From an uncultured Eubacteriales bacterium (lineage in GTDB: Bacteria > Bacillota > Clostridia > Christensenellales > Aristaeellaceae), in the NCBI GenBank assembly GCA_900548145.1, contig URJB01000005.1, positions 14,589 through 78,588 of the forward strand: a stretch of DNA of 64,000 nt. The letters run 5' to 3'. A model generated the notes under the pieces. The model had not been told where the DNA came from, did not search any database, and was given only the letters and a program-made list of their open reading frames with translations. The stretch's first letter is position 1. Each line of letters starts with the position of its first letter. A program made the translations under genes and the position numbers. This document shows, one piece after another, positions 44,356-53,243 of the stretch.

Positions 44356-45099
44356 CTATTTTCTTTTCGCCATCCGAAGCAGGGAAGCCCCGTCCGCCAG
44401 ATTGACCGTCAAAAATTTACCGCCGTAGAACGCCGCCCAGTTGTTGAACACGCAGGGCAGCTTCTTCGCCGCCTGCAAGCTGTCCACATAACGCAGGGTC
44501 AGCGGCTCCCCCGCTTCCTCGCAATATTTCCGCAGCTTTTCAATGGTCTGCGGGATAAACGGACACTGATCGTCGTAGTAGACCGTCAGCTCCCGTTCTT
44601 CAATTTCCATTTTAAATACGTTGGGCGCGAACCGGGGATAGGTTCCGTCAAAGGAAAGAGCCAGCAGTTCGTAACCGTTTGAGGTAGTGTCCACCGTTTC
44701 AAAGCCGAAATGCCGGAAAAACGACTGATCGGTCAGCCATGCCTTCTGCTTGGCCGCCCCCAGCATACACACGCCGGCTCTTCCTTGGGCCCGCGCGTCC
44801 GCCAGACAGGATTCCAGCAGCGCCTTGCCGTAACCCTTGCCCCGGTTCTCCCCCTCCGTCCACAGGCAATAAATATAGAGGTAATTTTCCCCCAAAATGG
44901 GCACCCACGCCTTTTCCAACGGCGCATATTCCATGAACACCGTCGCCCGGCCTTCCAGCTTTCGAAAGACGTGCCCTTCCTTCAGCCGTTCCGCCAGCCA
45001 TTGCCGCTTGGCTTCCACACCGGGATGAGCTTTTTTCATGCGGACAATGCAGCACAGCGTTTCATCCGCCAGATTTTCCGGGGTCAGATCAACAAACAT
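44356..45099 (-). CDS. GNAT N-acetyltransferase fused to a YoaP-like C-terminal domain
   Basis: GNAT block LWTEGENRGKGYGKALLESCLADARAQG. C-terminal ELTVYYDDQCPFIPQ...VFNNWAAFYGGKF. Start at MFVDLT (RBS gggagga), not the track's 45294. Confidence 0.8.
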   Translation of the reverse strand: MFVDLTPENLADETLCCIVRMKKAHPGVEAKRQWLAERLKEGHVFRKLEGRATVFMEYAPLEKAWVPILGENYLYIYCLWTEGENRGKGYGKALLESCLADARAQGRAGVCMLGAAKQKAWLTDQSFFRHFGFETVDTTSNGYELLALSFDGTYPRFAPNVFKMEIEERELTVYYDDQCPFIPQTIEKLRKYCEEAGEPLTLRYVDSLQAAKKLPCVFNNWAAFYGGKFLTVNLADGASLLRMAKRK

Positions 45100-45152
45100 A
45101 CGAAATCCTCCCAAAGAACCCTTTGGGAGGATTATAGCACAACAGTTGTTAT

Positions 45153-47006
45153 TCAACAAGAGAGATCCGGCATCAGGGTCATGCGGAGCGTGGTGCAGCC
45201 GTAGGGCTGCAGCCGCACCGTTTCCGTCCCAATAGGTTCCGGACTTTCCGGCTTTTCCGCGCATACGCCGGGCTGACCGGGACAGGTGCCCCATGCGATT
45301 CGGTTCATCCGGGTCTCCAGCTGCAGCGGCGGCTGTTCCCGGGAAAAGGGCTGATCTCCCAGCGGATTTTCCACCAGTTGGAAGTCTTTTTCCGCAAAGG
45401 CGTAACCCCAGTCCTGTTCCGACAGGATGATCCAGTCGCAGTACGGTGCTTTGCGGGTGACGCCGTGGCTTTCATATTCCCACAGGTAACTCTTCGCCGC
45501 CAGCGGCAGGGCAAATACCAGCGATCCCCGTTCCACACAGGCCATTCCGTTTTCGTCGGGAACCAGCCTCGCGGCAAAATGCAGCTTTACTTCCACGCTG
45601 TCGCCGTCCTGCCAGAGCCGTTCCGTCCGCCAGATTTCCCCCGGCTGAACGGGCTGCCCGTCCGCTTCGGCACTTTCAGCGAAGGCCGGGACGCGAACGG
45701 CCAGTTCGAAACGGACGGGACGTTCGCAGTGAACGCTATACCGCAGACTGTCCCGGAAGGGATATTCCGTTTCCAGCGTGACCCGCGCCTTTTCGCCGCC
45801 GCGTTCCAGCTGAACAGAGGAAGGAACCAGCACTGCCGACAGGAGTCCCTTTTCTGTTTCCATGAAGGCGGACAGTGCCAGCTTGGGCCAGCCCTGCGAA
45901 AAATTCGCGGTACAGCAGCCATAATTCGGTTCCAACCCAAAGAGATTGGACTGACTGCCGTTGGTGCCAAATATGGGCGTTCCCTGCTGAATGGAGCAGG
46001 AGACCTGATTCAGCTGCTGGTCGTACTGATGAGACCACATATCCGCCGAGATCGTAGCGGGCAGGGAATTGAACGCCAGCCGCTCCAGCAGATCGAGCCA
46101 AAAGGGCTCGCCGGTGATGGAGGCCAGCAGCTCGCAGGAATACATTTCCTCCACCACGGCGCAAAGCTCGGTGCCGCGGATGGGGCTTTTCCCCGCCAGA
46201 CATTCGTCGCCCTGAATGTGTCCCATGGGCGTTCCGTGGTACTTTCGCAGCTGCTCGTACATTTTTCGGGCGAACGCACCGGGTTCCTGCCCGGAAAGGC
46301 CGGAGAATACGGCTTCGCTTTTCAGCGCCATCATCAGGTTGACGATGTGAGTCTGCTGCCGCCACACGCCCCGGGGGTCTGGCTGCTGATCCTTCCAGCA
46401 GGCGAACACTCGCTCGTAGGACAGGCCCTGCGACGCGATCGTCACGGCCAGCTCGATCATCCATGGTTCGGGCCGTTGCTCGTACAGCCATTGCAGGGGG
46501 ATCAGGGCTTCAAACCAGCGGCTTTGGCCCCAGTTGAACAGGGTGCAGTGGGTCAGATGGCCTTCCAGATTTTTCATGGCCCGATAAACGGTCTCCGCCG
46601 CCCTGCTATCTCCGCTGCATTGACCATAGACCATCAGTGCTTTGCAAATGATGAACACCGCCCACACGTCATAGGCTGCGCGTTCCTCTTGGGTGCAGGG
46701 GCAGAGCCAGCCGTCTTCCTGCTGCGCGTCCATAATCGCCTCCACGTATTTCTTCGCCCGGGCGATCAGCGCTTCGTCCCGCAGAAGATAGGCCAACGGC
46801 ACGAAGCCGTCCAGCCAGTAGGGAACCCGCTCCCAGCCCTCGGCCTTCCCGCCGATCCACGCGGAATCCCGAATATCGGGCCAAATTTCATCCAGATGGC
46901 CGGACAGTCCCTCCGCCTGAATTTCCAGCTGACGCTTCAGCCAGCCTTCCGGGCGGAGATTTTCCGGCTTCACAAAACGGTATACCGACGAATAAATCTG
47001 TTCCAT
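45153..47006 (-). CDS. GH127/GH146-type beta-L-arabinofuranosidase-like protein (DUF1680 family)
   Basis: GDECLAG (Glu-x-Cys) and NYGCCTANFSQGWPK (Cys-Cys) match the Zn/nucleophile motifs recalled for HypBA1-type enzymes. Start at MEQIYSS; the track's 833-aa version reads through the divergent promoter. Confidence 0.8.
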   Translation of the reverse strand: MEQIYSSVYRFVKPENLRPEGWLKRQLEIQAEGLSGHLDEIWPDIRDSAWIGGKAEGWERVPYWLDGFVPLAYLLRDEALIARAKKYVEAIMDAQQEDGWLCPCTQEERAAYDVWAVFIICKALMVYGQCSGDSRAAETVYRAMKNLEGHLTHCTLFNWGQSRWFEALIPLQWLYEQRPEPWMIELAVTIASQGLSYERVFACWKDQQPDPRGVWRQQTHIVNLMMALKSEAVFSGLSGQEPGAFARKMYEQLRKYHGTPMGHIQGDECLAGKSPIRGTELCAVVEEMYSCELLASITGEPFWLDLLERLAFNSLPATISADMWSHQYDQQLNQVSCSIQQGTPIFGTNGSQSNLFGLEPNYGCCTANFSQGWPKLALSAFMETEKGLLSAVLVPSSVQLERGGEKARVTLETEYPFRDSLRYSVHCERPVRFELAVRVPAFAESAEADGQPVQPGEIWRTERLWQDGDSVEVKLHFAARLVPDENGMACVERGSLVFALPLAAKSYLWEYESHGVTRKAPYCDWIILSEQDWGYAFAEKDFQLVENPLGDQPFSREQPPLQLETRMNRIAWGTCPGQPGVCAEKPESPEPIGTETVRLQPYGCTTLRMTLMPDLSC

Positions 47007-47129
47007 GGTTTTCGCCCCTCTTTCTGACCAGGATTGTACAGCAAAAAAGCGACGTTGACCATTCTCAATGCCGCCCATTTCCTTGCAAAAATTGAACAAA
47101 TCGCTTATACTGTCCGTGAGGTGCGTCCC

Positions 47130-47885
47130 ATGAGCGAATATCTGAGTTCTGAAAAGTTGCCCCAGTTTCTTTTTTCCCACGACCGTTCTTTTCAGCCCGG
47201 TGAAAAGCACGTCACCCGCGTCTGCCCGGAGGACGTGCTCCTGCTGATGTTTTCCGGCGTTCTTCGTTTTACGGAGGACGGCGTGCCGGTGGAGGTGCGC
47301 GGCGGCGAGTACTACATCCAGAAGCGCGGGCTTTCCCAGCAGGGGCAGGTGCCGTCCGACTGTCCCGTCTATTATTACGTGCATTTTTTGGGGCATTGGA
47401 GCAGCGAGGGCGGCATCCGCAAACGCGGCCCCCTTCCTGCGGAGGCGCAGACCCTCACCTGCCGTCTCACCGAGGCCGATCAGCTGGGTGCGCCGCTTTT
47501 GGAGCGCACCAGCCTGTTTTACCAGCTTCTCACCCTTTTGTGCCACAGCCGCCCTCAAACCCCTGCGGAACGGCTGGCGGAAAGCGCCCTGCAGCAGTTG
47601 CAGCATCATTTGAAGGACGGCGCGTCTCTCGCCCAAATCGCCGCCGAGCTGCACGTCAGCGAGAGCTATCTAATCCGCATTTTCCGCCGCCGGTATCAGA
47701 CCACGCCCCACCGCTGCCTGACGCTTCTTCGTCTGGAACAGGCTCAGCGGCTGATGCGCTACTCCGACCTTTCGCTGGAGGCCATTTCGCTGGAATGCGG
47801 GTTCCGCAGCTACGCCAACTTCTACAAAGCCTTCTGCGCCGAAAAGGGCGAAAATCCCGCCGCCGTGCTGAAGCGGCTGCGATAA
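47130..47885 (+). CDS. AraC-family transcriptional regulator (cupin-like N-terminus plus HTH)
   Basis: LAQIAAELHVSESYLIRIFRRRY ... ISLECGFRSYANFYKAF. Divergent from the GH127 gene. Confidence 0.85.
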   Translation: MSEYLSSEKLPQFLFSHDRSFQPGEKHVTRVCPEDVLLLMFSGVLRFTEDGVPVEVRGGEYYIQKRGLSQQGQVPSDCPVYYYVHFLGHWSSEGGIRKRGPLPAEAQTLTCRLTEADQLGAPLLERTSLFYQLLTLLCHSRPQTPAERLAESALQQLQHHLKDGASLAQIAAELHVSESYLIRIFRRRYQTTPHRCLTLLRLEQAQRLMRYSDLSLEAISLECGFRSYANFYKAFCAEKGENPAAVLKRLR

Positions 47886-47932
47886 ACCTTTTCCCGCAAT
47901 CGTGCTGGGCCCTTCCCCTATTTTTCTCAACG

Positions 47933-47966
47933 AAAAAGGCCGCAGCCGTTTTCCGGCGCGGCCTTT
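47933..47966. terminator. Stem-loop terminator
   Basis: aaaaaggccgc...gcggccttt, between convergent genes. Confidence 0.6.
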
Positions 47967-47982
47967 CGGCGTTCTGCGCAGT

Positions 47983-48705
47983 TTATTCCTGCGCTTTCAG
48001 GAAATCCATGCAGATGCGGGCTTCTTCCAGTCCCGAGGGCTGGCAGGTCTCCGACTCCACGATCAGCCGGTCGCCCAGCTCCACGGCCTTACGGTAGACC
48101 GCCGCCGCAGGGGCTTCCCCCATGCCCAGCGGCCTTCCGCTGCCGTCCGCCAGTCCGTCCTTGATGTGGATGATGCGGACGCGTTCCTTCAGCCGCTCCA
48201 TCATTTCCAGTGGATCGCGCCCGCCCACGAAGGCCCAGTAGGTGTCGATCTCCAAGTCCAGCCGGGTGCGTTCCTCCAGCTGCTCCCAAATGCAGGAGCC
48301 GTCGGCGTTGGGCTTAAACTCGTGAGCGTGATTGTGATAGCCCAGCCGAATGCCCTCGTCCGCCAGTCGCGCCTGCACCTTTTCTGTTTGGGCGACAAAA
48401 TCGTCCAGCTTTTGCTGATCGTCCAGATCGGCCCACGGAAGGACGATCAGCCGATTGCCCAGCGTTTTATGATATCGAATGGTCTCTCCGATCACATCAT
48501 CTGCCAGTTCCTGCATCCCCGTGTGGGTGGAGGAGACCTCCATGCCGCATTCCAGCAGCTTGTCCCGCACGGCTTCCGCCGAATAGCCGAAGAAACCGGC
48601 GAACTCCGCGTAGTGATACCCCAACGCCGCTACCTTTTCCAGCGTGCCCAGCAAGTCTTTTTCCGCCGCGTCCCGCACGGAATACATCTGCAATCCGTAT
48701 TTCAT
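47983..48705 (-). CDS. Xylose-isomerase-like TIM-barrel protein (sugar phosphate isomerase/epimerase family)
   Basis: MKYGLQMYSVRD start, YHNHAHEF and HIKD blocks. Confidence 0.8.
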   Translation of the reverse strand: MKYGLQMYSVRDAAEKDLLGTLEKVAALGYHYAEFAGFFGYSAEAVRDKLLECGMEVSSTHTGMQELADDVIGETIRYHKTLGNRLIVLPWADLDDQQKLDDFVAQTEKVQARLADEGIRLGYHNHAHEFKPNADGSCIWEQLEERTRLDLEIDTYWAFVGGRDPLEMMERLKERVRIIHIKDGLADGSGRPLGMGEAPAAAVYRKAVELGDRLIVESETCQPSGLEEARICMDFLKAQE

Positions 48706-48729
48706 GTTGGTTTTCCTTTCCGATTTTGC

Positions 48730-51354
48730 TCAATATTCCAGCTCGATCTCCGAACCGGTCAGTTTCTTATGCACCACGATCTTCTTGTCGATGCGCTCCC
48801 GAAGCTCGGGCATATGGGAGATCACGCCGATCATCCGATCGCCGTCCGCCAGCGAGGACAGCAGCGCCATGGCGTTGCGCAGGGCGTTTTCGTCCAGCGT
48901 GCCGAAGCCCTCGTCGATGAACATGGCTTCCAGCCGCACGCCGCCGCTCTCGCTCTGCACCACGTCGGACAGACCCAGCGCCAGCGACAGGGAAGCCAGA
49001 AAGCTCTCGCCGCCGGACAGGGTGGACACGTCCCGCCACTGGCCCGTGGCCCGATCCAGCACGTCCAGATCCAGCCCGGACTGACTGCGGCGATCCTTCG
49101 CTTCTTCCTTCAGCCGCAGCACGAACATACCGTCGGTCATCTGGGTCAGCCGCTTATTGGCCGCTGCCACCACCTGCTTGAAATAGTACTGTTGCACGTA
49201 GGTCTCGAAGGTGATCTTGACCTTCTGACTCAGCTGCCCGCTCATGGCCCGGTACAGGTCGTCCAGCACCGCCCATTCCTCGGCGTGGGCTTTCTTCTGC
49301 TCCGCCGCCCGGCGGATGGCCTTTCCCGCCTCCTGATGCAGCGTCAGCCGCCGGTCGCAGCCCCGGCTTCGTTCCTGTGCCTGCCGGTACTGCTCCGTCA
49401 TGGCCTTCTGCTGCTGCAGCAGGGCTTCGATATCGGCCCGTGCGCTGTCCTTCAGCTGAGTTTCCCGCTCCTGAACCCGGTCGTTCAGCGATTTCTTTTT
49501 TTCTTCATAGCGGCGAATGGCCCCGTCCAGCCGTTCCGTTTCTTCCGCGGGCAGGCAGGCGGTGCGGTAAGCCGTTTCGTCCTCGAAGCCCTGCTGCGCC
49601 AGCCCTGCGGCAAACTCTCTGTCCAGCCGGTCGGCTTCCTTTTCCAGCTCGCCTGTCTTTTTCAGGCAGGCTTCCAGCAGGACGGCGGCCTTTTCCAGAC
49701 GGCTCTGGCACTGGCTCCGCCGGGTTTCCGTCCGCTCCGCCGCTTCCCGAATTTTCCGGGCGGCTGCGTCCGCTTCGTTCATTCGCTGACGGACGCTCTG
49801 TTCCGTGTCCTCGTCGCCGATTCCTTCCTCCTGCAGGGTCTTTTGCAGGGTCTCCAATGCAGCCCGAGCTGCGGCGGTCTGGCTGGAAATTTTATGCAGC
49901 TGTTCTTCCAGCCGCTTGCGGCGGTCGTCCGCCGCCTGAAACTGCTCCTGTGTCGCCCCGCCTTCCTGCAGGACGGCGGGGGCGGGATGGTGGGTCGCGC
50001 CGCATACGGGGCAGGGCTCGCCCTCCCGGAGCTCCCGGGCCAACAATCCGCTCTGGCTGCGGTAGTAAGCCTGCCGCACGGCCAGATATTCCTGCTCGGC
50101 CCTGTTGCTGTCCTCCAAGGCCTTTGTCTGCAAACGGTCCAGCCGTGCCAGCTCCGCCGTGTCCTTCTGCCGCTTTTCCAGAAATTTCAGGCAGCTTTCC
50201 AGCCGTTTGACCAGCCGGACGTTTTCCTCCGCCAGCGGAAGCTGCTCCCGTGCCTGCTTCGCCGCCTGTTCCAGCGCGGGAAGGCTGGCTTCCTGCGCCT
50301 GTTTTTCCTGCGTCAGCCGGGCGGCCTGCGTCTTTTCCGCGTCCAGACTTTGCCGGTTCCGCTGGCGCAGCTGATCGGTCGGCCCCAGCAGTTGAGCACT
50401 GCGAGCCGCCGCCAGCGCGGCCTTTCGCTCCTCTACGGCGCTTTTTTTTTGCAGAAGACCGGCCAACTCCTGTTTCCACTGTTCCAGCTCGTCAAAGCGC
50501 TGGTTCCGATTGCGCCCGTCGGCGATGGCGGCGGTCAGGGCTTTCAGCTGACCGTCCAGCGTGTCGCACTGGCCGTCCGCTTCTTTTTTCAGACTGGTTT
50601 CATAGGCGTACAGCCCCCGCAGCGCCTCCAACAGCTGATCGGCGTACTTTGCGTCCGTCTGGTACTGTTTCAGCCTTTCCCGGTCGGGAAATTCCGGCTC
50701 GGGGCTGATCTTTCCCGCTTCGGTCACGATGCGCAGATCCAGTTCCCTTTGCATCTGCGCGGCAGCGGCGCATTTTTCCTTGGCCTTCTTTTGCAGATCG
50801 GCGTAAAGCGAGGTGTTGAACAGCTGCTGGAACAGCTTTTTGCGGTCATCGGACTTGGCGTTGAGGATCTTCAAAAAATCCCCTTGGGCGATCATCACCG
50901 TCTGGGCGAACTGATCCTGACTCAGGCCGATCAGTTCCTGCGCTTTGGCCTTCACCTCGTCCGTCCCCGTCCAGCATTCGCCGGTGTCCAGTTCCGTCAG
51001 CTCAGCGGCGGCCTTCTGTTCCACCAGATCGTCCCCCCGGCGGCTCTGGCGCAGGTAGGGCGGATTCCGTTTCAGGCGATAGGTGTGCTGACGGTGCTGA
51101 AATACCAGCTCCACATAGGTATCCGTGTCCCGGGCGGCATAGTCCGACCGAAAGGATTTGGACGCGCGGCGTTCCCTGCCCCCGGAACCCTCGCCGTAAA
51201 AGGCGAAGCTGATAGCGTCGAAAATGGTGGTCTTGCCCGCGCCCGTGTCGCCGGTGATGAGAAAAATGCCATTTTCGCAAAGCTTGGTAAAGTCGATCGT
51301 TGTCGTTTTCGCGTAGGGGCCGAAGGCCGAAAGGGTCAATTTCAGCGGCTTCAT
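48730..51354 (-). CDS. sbcC: SbcC/Rad50-type exonuclease ATPase subunit
   Basis: Walker A GDTGAGKTT, long coiled coil with zinc hook CPVCG, signature LSGGESF, Walker B FIDEGFGTLD. Confidence 0.92.
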   Translation of the reverse strand: MKPLKLTLSAFGPYAKTTTIDFTKLCENGIFLITGDTGAGKTTIFDAISFAFYGEGSGGRERRASKSFRSDYAARDTDTYVELVFQHRQHTYRLKRNPPYLRQSRRGDDLVEQKAAAELTELDTGECWTGTDEVKAKAQELIGLSQDQFAQTVMIAQGDFLKILNAKSDDRKKLFQQLFNTSLYADLQKKAKEKCAAAAQMQRELDLRIVTEAGKISPEPEFPDRERLKQYQTDAKYADQLLEALRGLYAYETSLKKEADGQCDTLDGQLKALTAAIADGRNRNQRFDELEQWKQELAGLLQKKSAVEERKAALAAARSAQLLGPTDQLRQRNRQSLDAEKTQAARLTQEKQAQEASLPALEQAAKQAREQLPLAEENVRLVKRLESCLKFLEKRQKDTAELARLDRLQTKALEDSNRAEQEYLAVRQAYYRSQSGLLARELREGEPCPVCGATHHPAPAVLQEGGATQEQFQAADDRRKRLEEQLHKISSQTAAARAALETLQKTLQEEGIGDEDTEQSVRQRMNEADAAARKIREAAERTETRRSQCQSRLEKAAVLLEACLKKTGELEKEADRLDREFAAGLAQQGFEDETAYRTACLPAEETERLDGAIRRYEEKKKSLNDRVQERETQLKDSARADIEALLQQQKAMTEQYRQAQERSRGCDRRLTLHQEAGKAIRRAAEQKKAHAEEWAVLDDLYRAMSGQLSQKVKITFETYVQQYYFKQVVAAANKRLTQMTDGMFVLRLKEEAKDRRSQSGLDLDVLDRATGQWRDVSTLSGGESFLASLSLALGLSDVVQSESGGVRLEAMFIDEGFGTLDENALRNAMALLSSLADGDRMIGVISHMPELRERIDKKIVVHKKLTGSEIELEY

Positions 51355-52475
51355 CGAATCTCTCCCTCCAGTTCCTTCCGCAGACTGCGCAGAATCTCCA
51401 TATGCCGGGGGCCGGGCGGGCAGTCGTTATTCTGCAGCCGGTAAAAATCCGAGAACAGCTCCTCCGGGCTTTTGTTCTCCATGGCTTCCCGGGCCAGCAC
51501 GTCAATATCCGTCTTGGTTTTGGAATTGACCACGGAAAACTTCATCATGTTGGGAAATACGGTGCTCACCGTCACCCGTGCGTCCGGGGGCGGCAGCTCG
51601 TCCCGCAGTGTGACCCACACATAGTCCTCCGAATAGGGCATGGTCAGAACGTCGTCCATCAGACCCTCCACCAGCCGCATATCGTGAGGAGGGGCCAGCG
51701 GCACGGTGCGGATGCTGATTTCCCCCTTTTCCTCCATCTCCACCACCGTCACCGATTTTTTCTGGTTCACCTCGGAGAAGGAATACTTCATCAGGGAGCC
51801 CGCATAGCGCAGGGTCTCCCGGGTACACTGCTGCGGCTTGTGGATGTGGCCCAGCGCCACATAATCAAAATCGTCAAACACCGCCGCGTCGATGTTGTCC
51901 AGCCCGCCCACGGTCTTTTCCTCGGAGTCGGAGGTCTCCGCGCCGGTGATGAACTGGTGGCACACCAGCACGTTCCGCTTGGCCGTATCCACCGGCGAAT
52001 GGCGCAGCACCGCCTGCACCGCGTCCTGATAGGTCTCGATCTTCTCATCGGGATAGAACCGGCGCAACTGTATGGGCTTCAAAAACGGTAGCAGACTGAC
52101 CACCAGTTCCCCGTGCTCGTCCTGTAGCGTCACCTGCTGCAAATGGCCGTCAAAGGCCTCGCTGACGTACACGCCCGAGTTTTTCAAAAGCGACGAAAAA
52201 TAGGAAATTCGCTGGGCGGAGTCGTGGTTGCCGCTGATCACGAACACTGCAAGCCCCATTTCCTTCAGCCGGGTGATGAACTGGTCGAACGCGGCCATGG
52301 CTTCGCTCTGGGGCGAGGCTTTCTGGTATACGTCCCCGGCGATCAGCACCGCGTCGACCCGCTCACTTCGGGCGATCTCCTCCACCTGACACAGCAGCCG
52401 AACCTGATCCTCCAAAAATGAAAAGTCGTTCAGGCGTTTGCCCAGATGCAGGTCCGCCAGATGCAGAAATTTCAT
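51351..52475 (-). CDS. sbcD: SbcD/Mre11-type nuclease subunit
   Basis: MKFLHLADLHLG, GDVYQ, GNHDS, GHIH phosphoesterase motifs. 4-nt overlap with sbcC. Confidence 0.92.
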   Translation of the reverse strand: MKFLHLADLHLGKRLNDFSFLEDQVRLLCQVEEIARSERVDAVLIAGDVYQKASPQSEAMAAFDQFITRLKEMGLAVFVISGNHDSAQRISYFSSLLKNSGVYVSEAFDGHLQQVTLQDEHGELVVSLLPFLKPIQLRRFYPDEKIETYQDAVQAVLRHSPVDTAKRNVLVCHQFITGAETSDSEEKTVGGLDNIDAAVFDDFDYVALGHIHKPQQCTRETLRYAGSLMKYSFSEVNQKKSVTVVEMEEKGEISIRTVPLAPPHDMRLVEGLMDDVLTMPYSEDYVWVTLRDELPPPDARVTVSTVFPNMMKFSVVNSKTKTDIDVLAREAMENKSPEELFSDFYRLQNNDCPPGPRHMEILRSLRKELEGEIR

Positions 52476-52658
52476 CGTCTGTTTCTCCTTTGTATCCCAT
52501 TTTTTAATGCTTCACGGACTGCCTTTTTCCTCTGTCAGCCTCTTCATTGTATCCCATCGGCCCTTCCCTGGCAAGACGCAAAATAGGCTTCCGGCTGTTC
52601 CCTAAACCGGTTTTTCGTGTTACAATGCTTCGGGCGTATGCCCAGGGAGGTTTTCTTC

Positions 52659-53198
52659 ATGATTCATGTCAGCCAGCCCATGACCACTGTGCCGGAGCAT
52701 TTTTCCACGCCCCTGCAGGAACTGGTCTACCGTACCCTGACCCGGCTCTCCATTCCCTTTCAGCGGGTGGAAAACGACCCCGCCATCACCATGGAGGATT
52801 GTCAGGCCATCGACGACCGCCTGCAAATGCAGACCGTCAAGACCCTGTTTTTGTGCAACCGTCAGCAGACCGCCTTTTACCTCTTCGTCACCCCGGGGGA
52901 CAAGCCCTTTCGCACGAAGGATTTCAGCTCCGCGCTGGGCGTTTCCCGGGTCTCTTTTGCAACGCCGGAACAGCTTTTGCAGCTTTTGGGCACCGTTGTC
53001 GGCGCCGCCACGGTCTTCGGCCTGCTGCTGCCCTCGGCCCGGGAGGTGCGCGTGGTCTTCGACCGGGCGCTGGCGGACAGCGAATGGTACGGCTGCACCG
53101 ACGGCACCACCACCGGCTACATGAAGCTGCGCACCCGGGATGTGATCGACCGGCTGCTCCCCTACACCGCCCATACGCTGGAATGGGTGGAGGTGTAA
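52659..53198 (+). CDS. YbaK/ProX-type aminoacyl-tRNA deacylase domain protein
   Basis: TVKTLFLCNRQQTAFYLFVTPGDK...GAATVFGLL resembles YbaK/prolyl-tRNA-synthetase-associated domains. ATG 8 nt after gggagg. Confidence 0.75.
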   Translation: MIHVSQPMTTVPEHFSTPLQELVYRTLTRLSIPFQRVENDPAITMEDCQAIDDRLQMQTVKTLFLCNRQQTAFYLFVTPGDKPFRTKDFSSALGVSRVSFATPEQLLQLLGTVVGAATVFGLLLPSAREVRVVFDRALADSEWYGCTDGTTTGYMKLRTRDVIDRLLPYTAHTLEWVEV

Positions 53199-53243
53199 GC
53201 ATCCCATTCGAATGCCATTTTTACCTGAAAGGAACGAAGGCCC

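Noticed and set aside
47007-47654. N-terminal 216-codon extension of the GH127-like ORF (track version 833 aa)
   Set aside because: The extension runs antisense through the divergent AraC gene and promoter region and has shadow-frame composition. Family similarity begins at MEQIYSS (ATG at 47006).
47902-51444. 1180-aa ORF on the plus strand
   Set aside because: Antisense to sbcC and the TIM-barrel gene. It is low-complexity (Leu/Arg/Pro/Gln/Gly). The minus strand shows the Walker A, zinc hook, signature and Walker B motifs.
48730-52475. SMC-like ATPase plus nuclease as a candidate phage-defence system
   Set aside because: The motif set, 4-nt gene overlap and sizes fit canonical housekeeping SbcCD. 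There are no extra defence-type partner genes.
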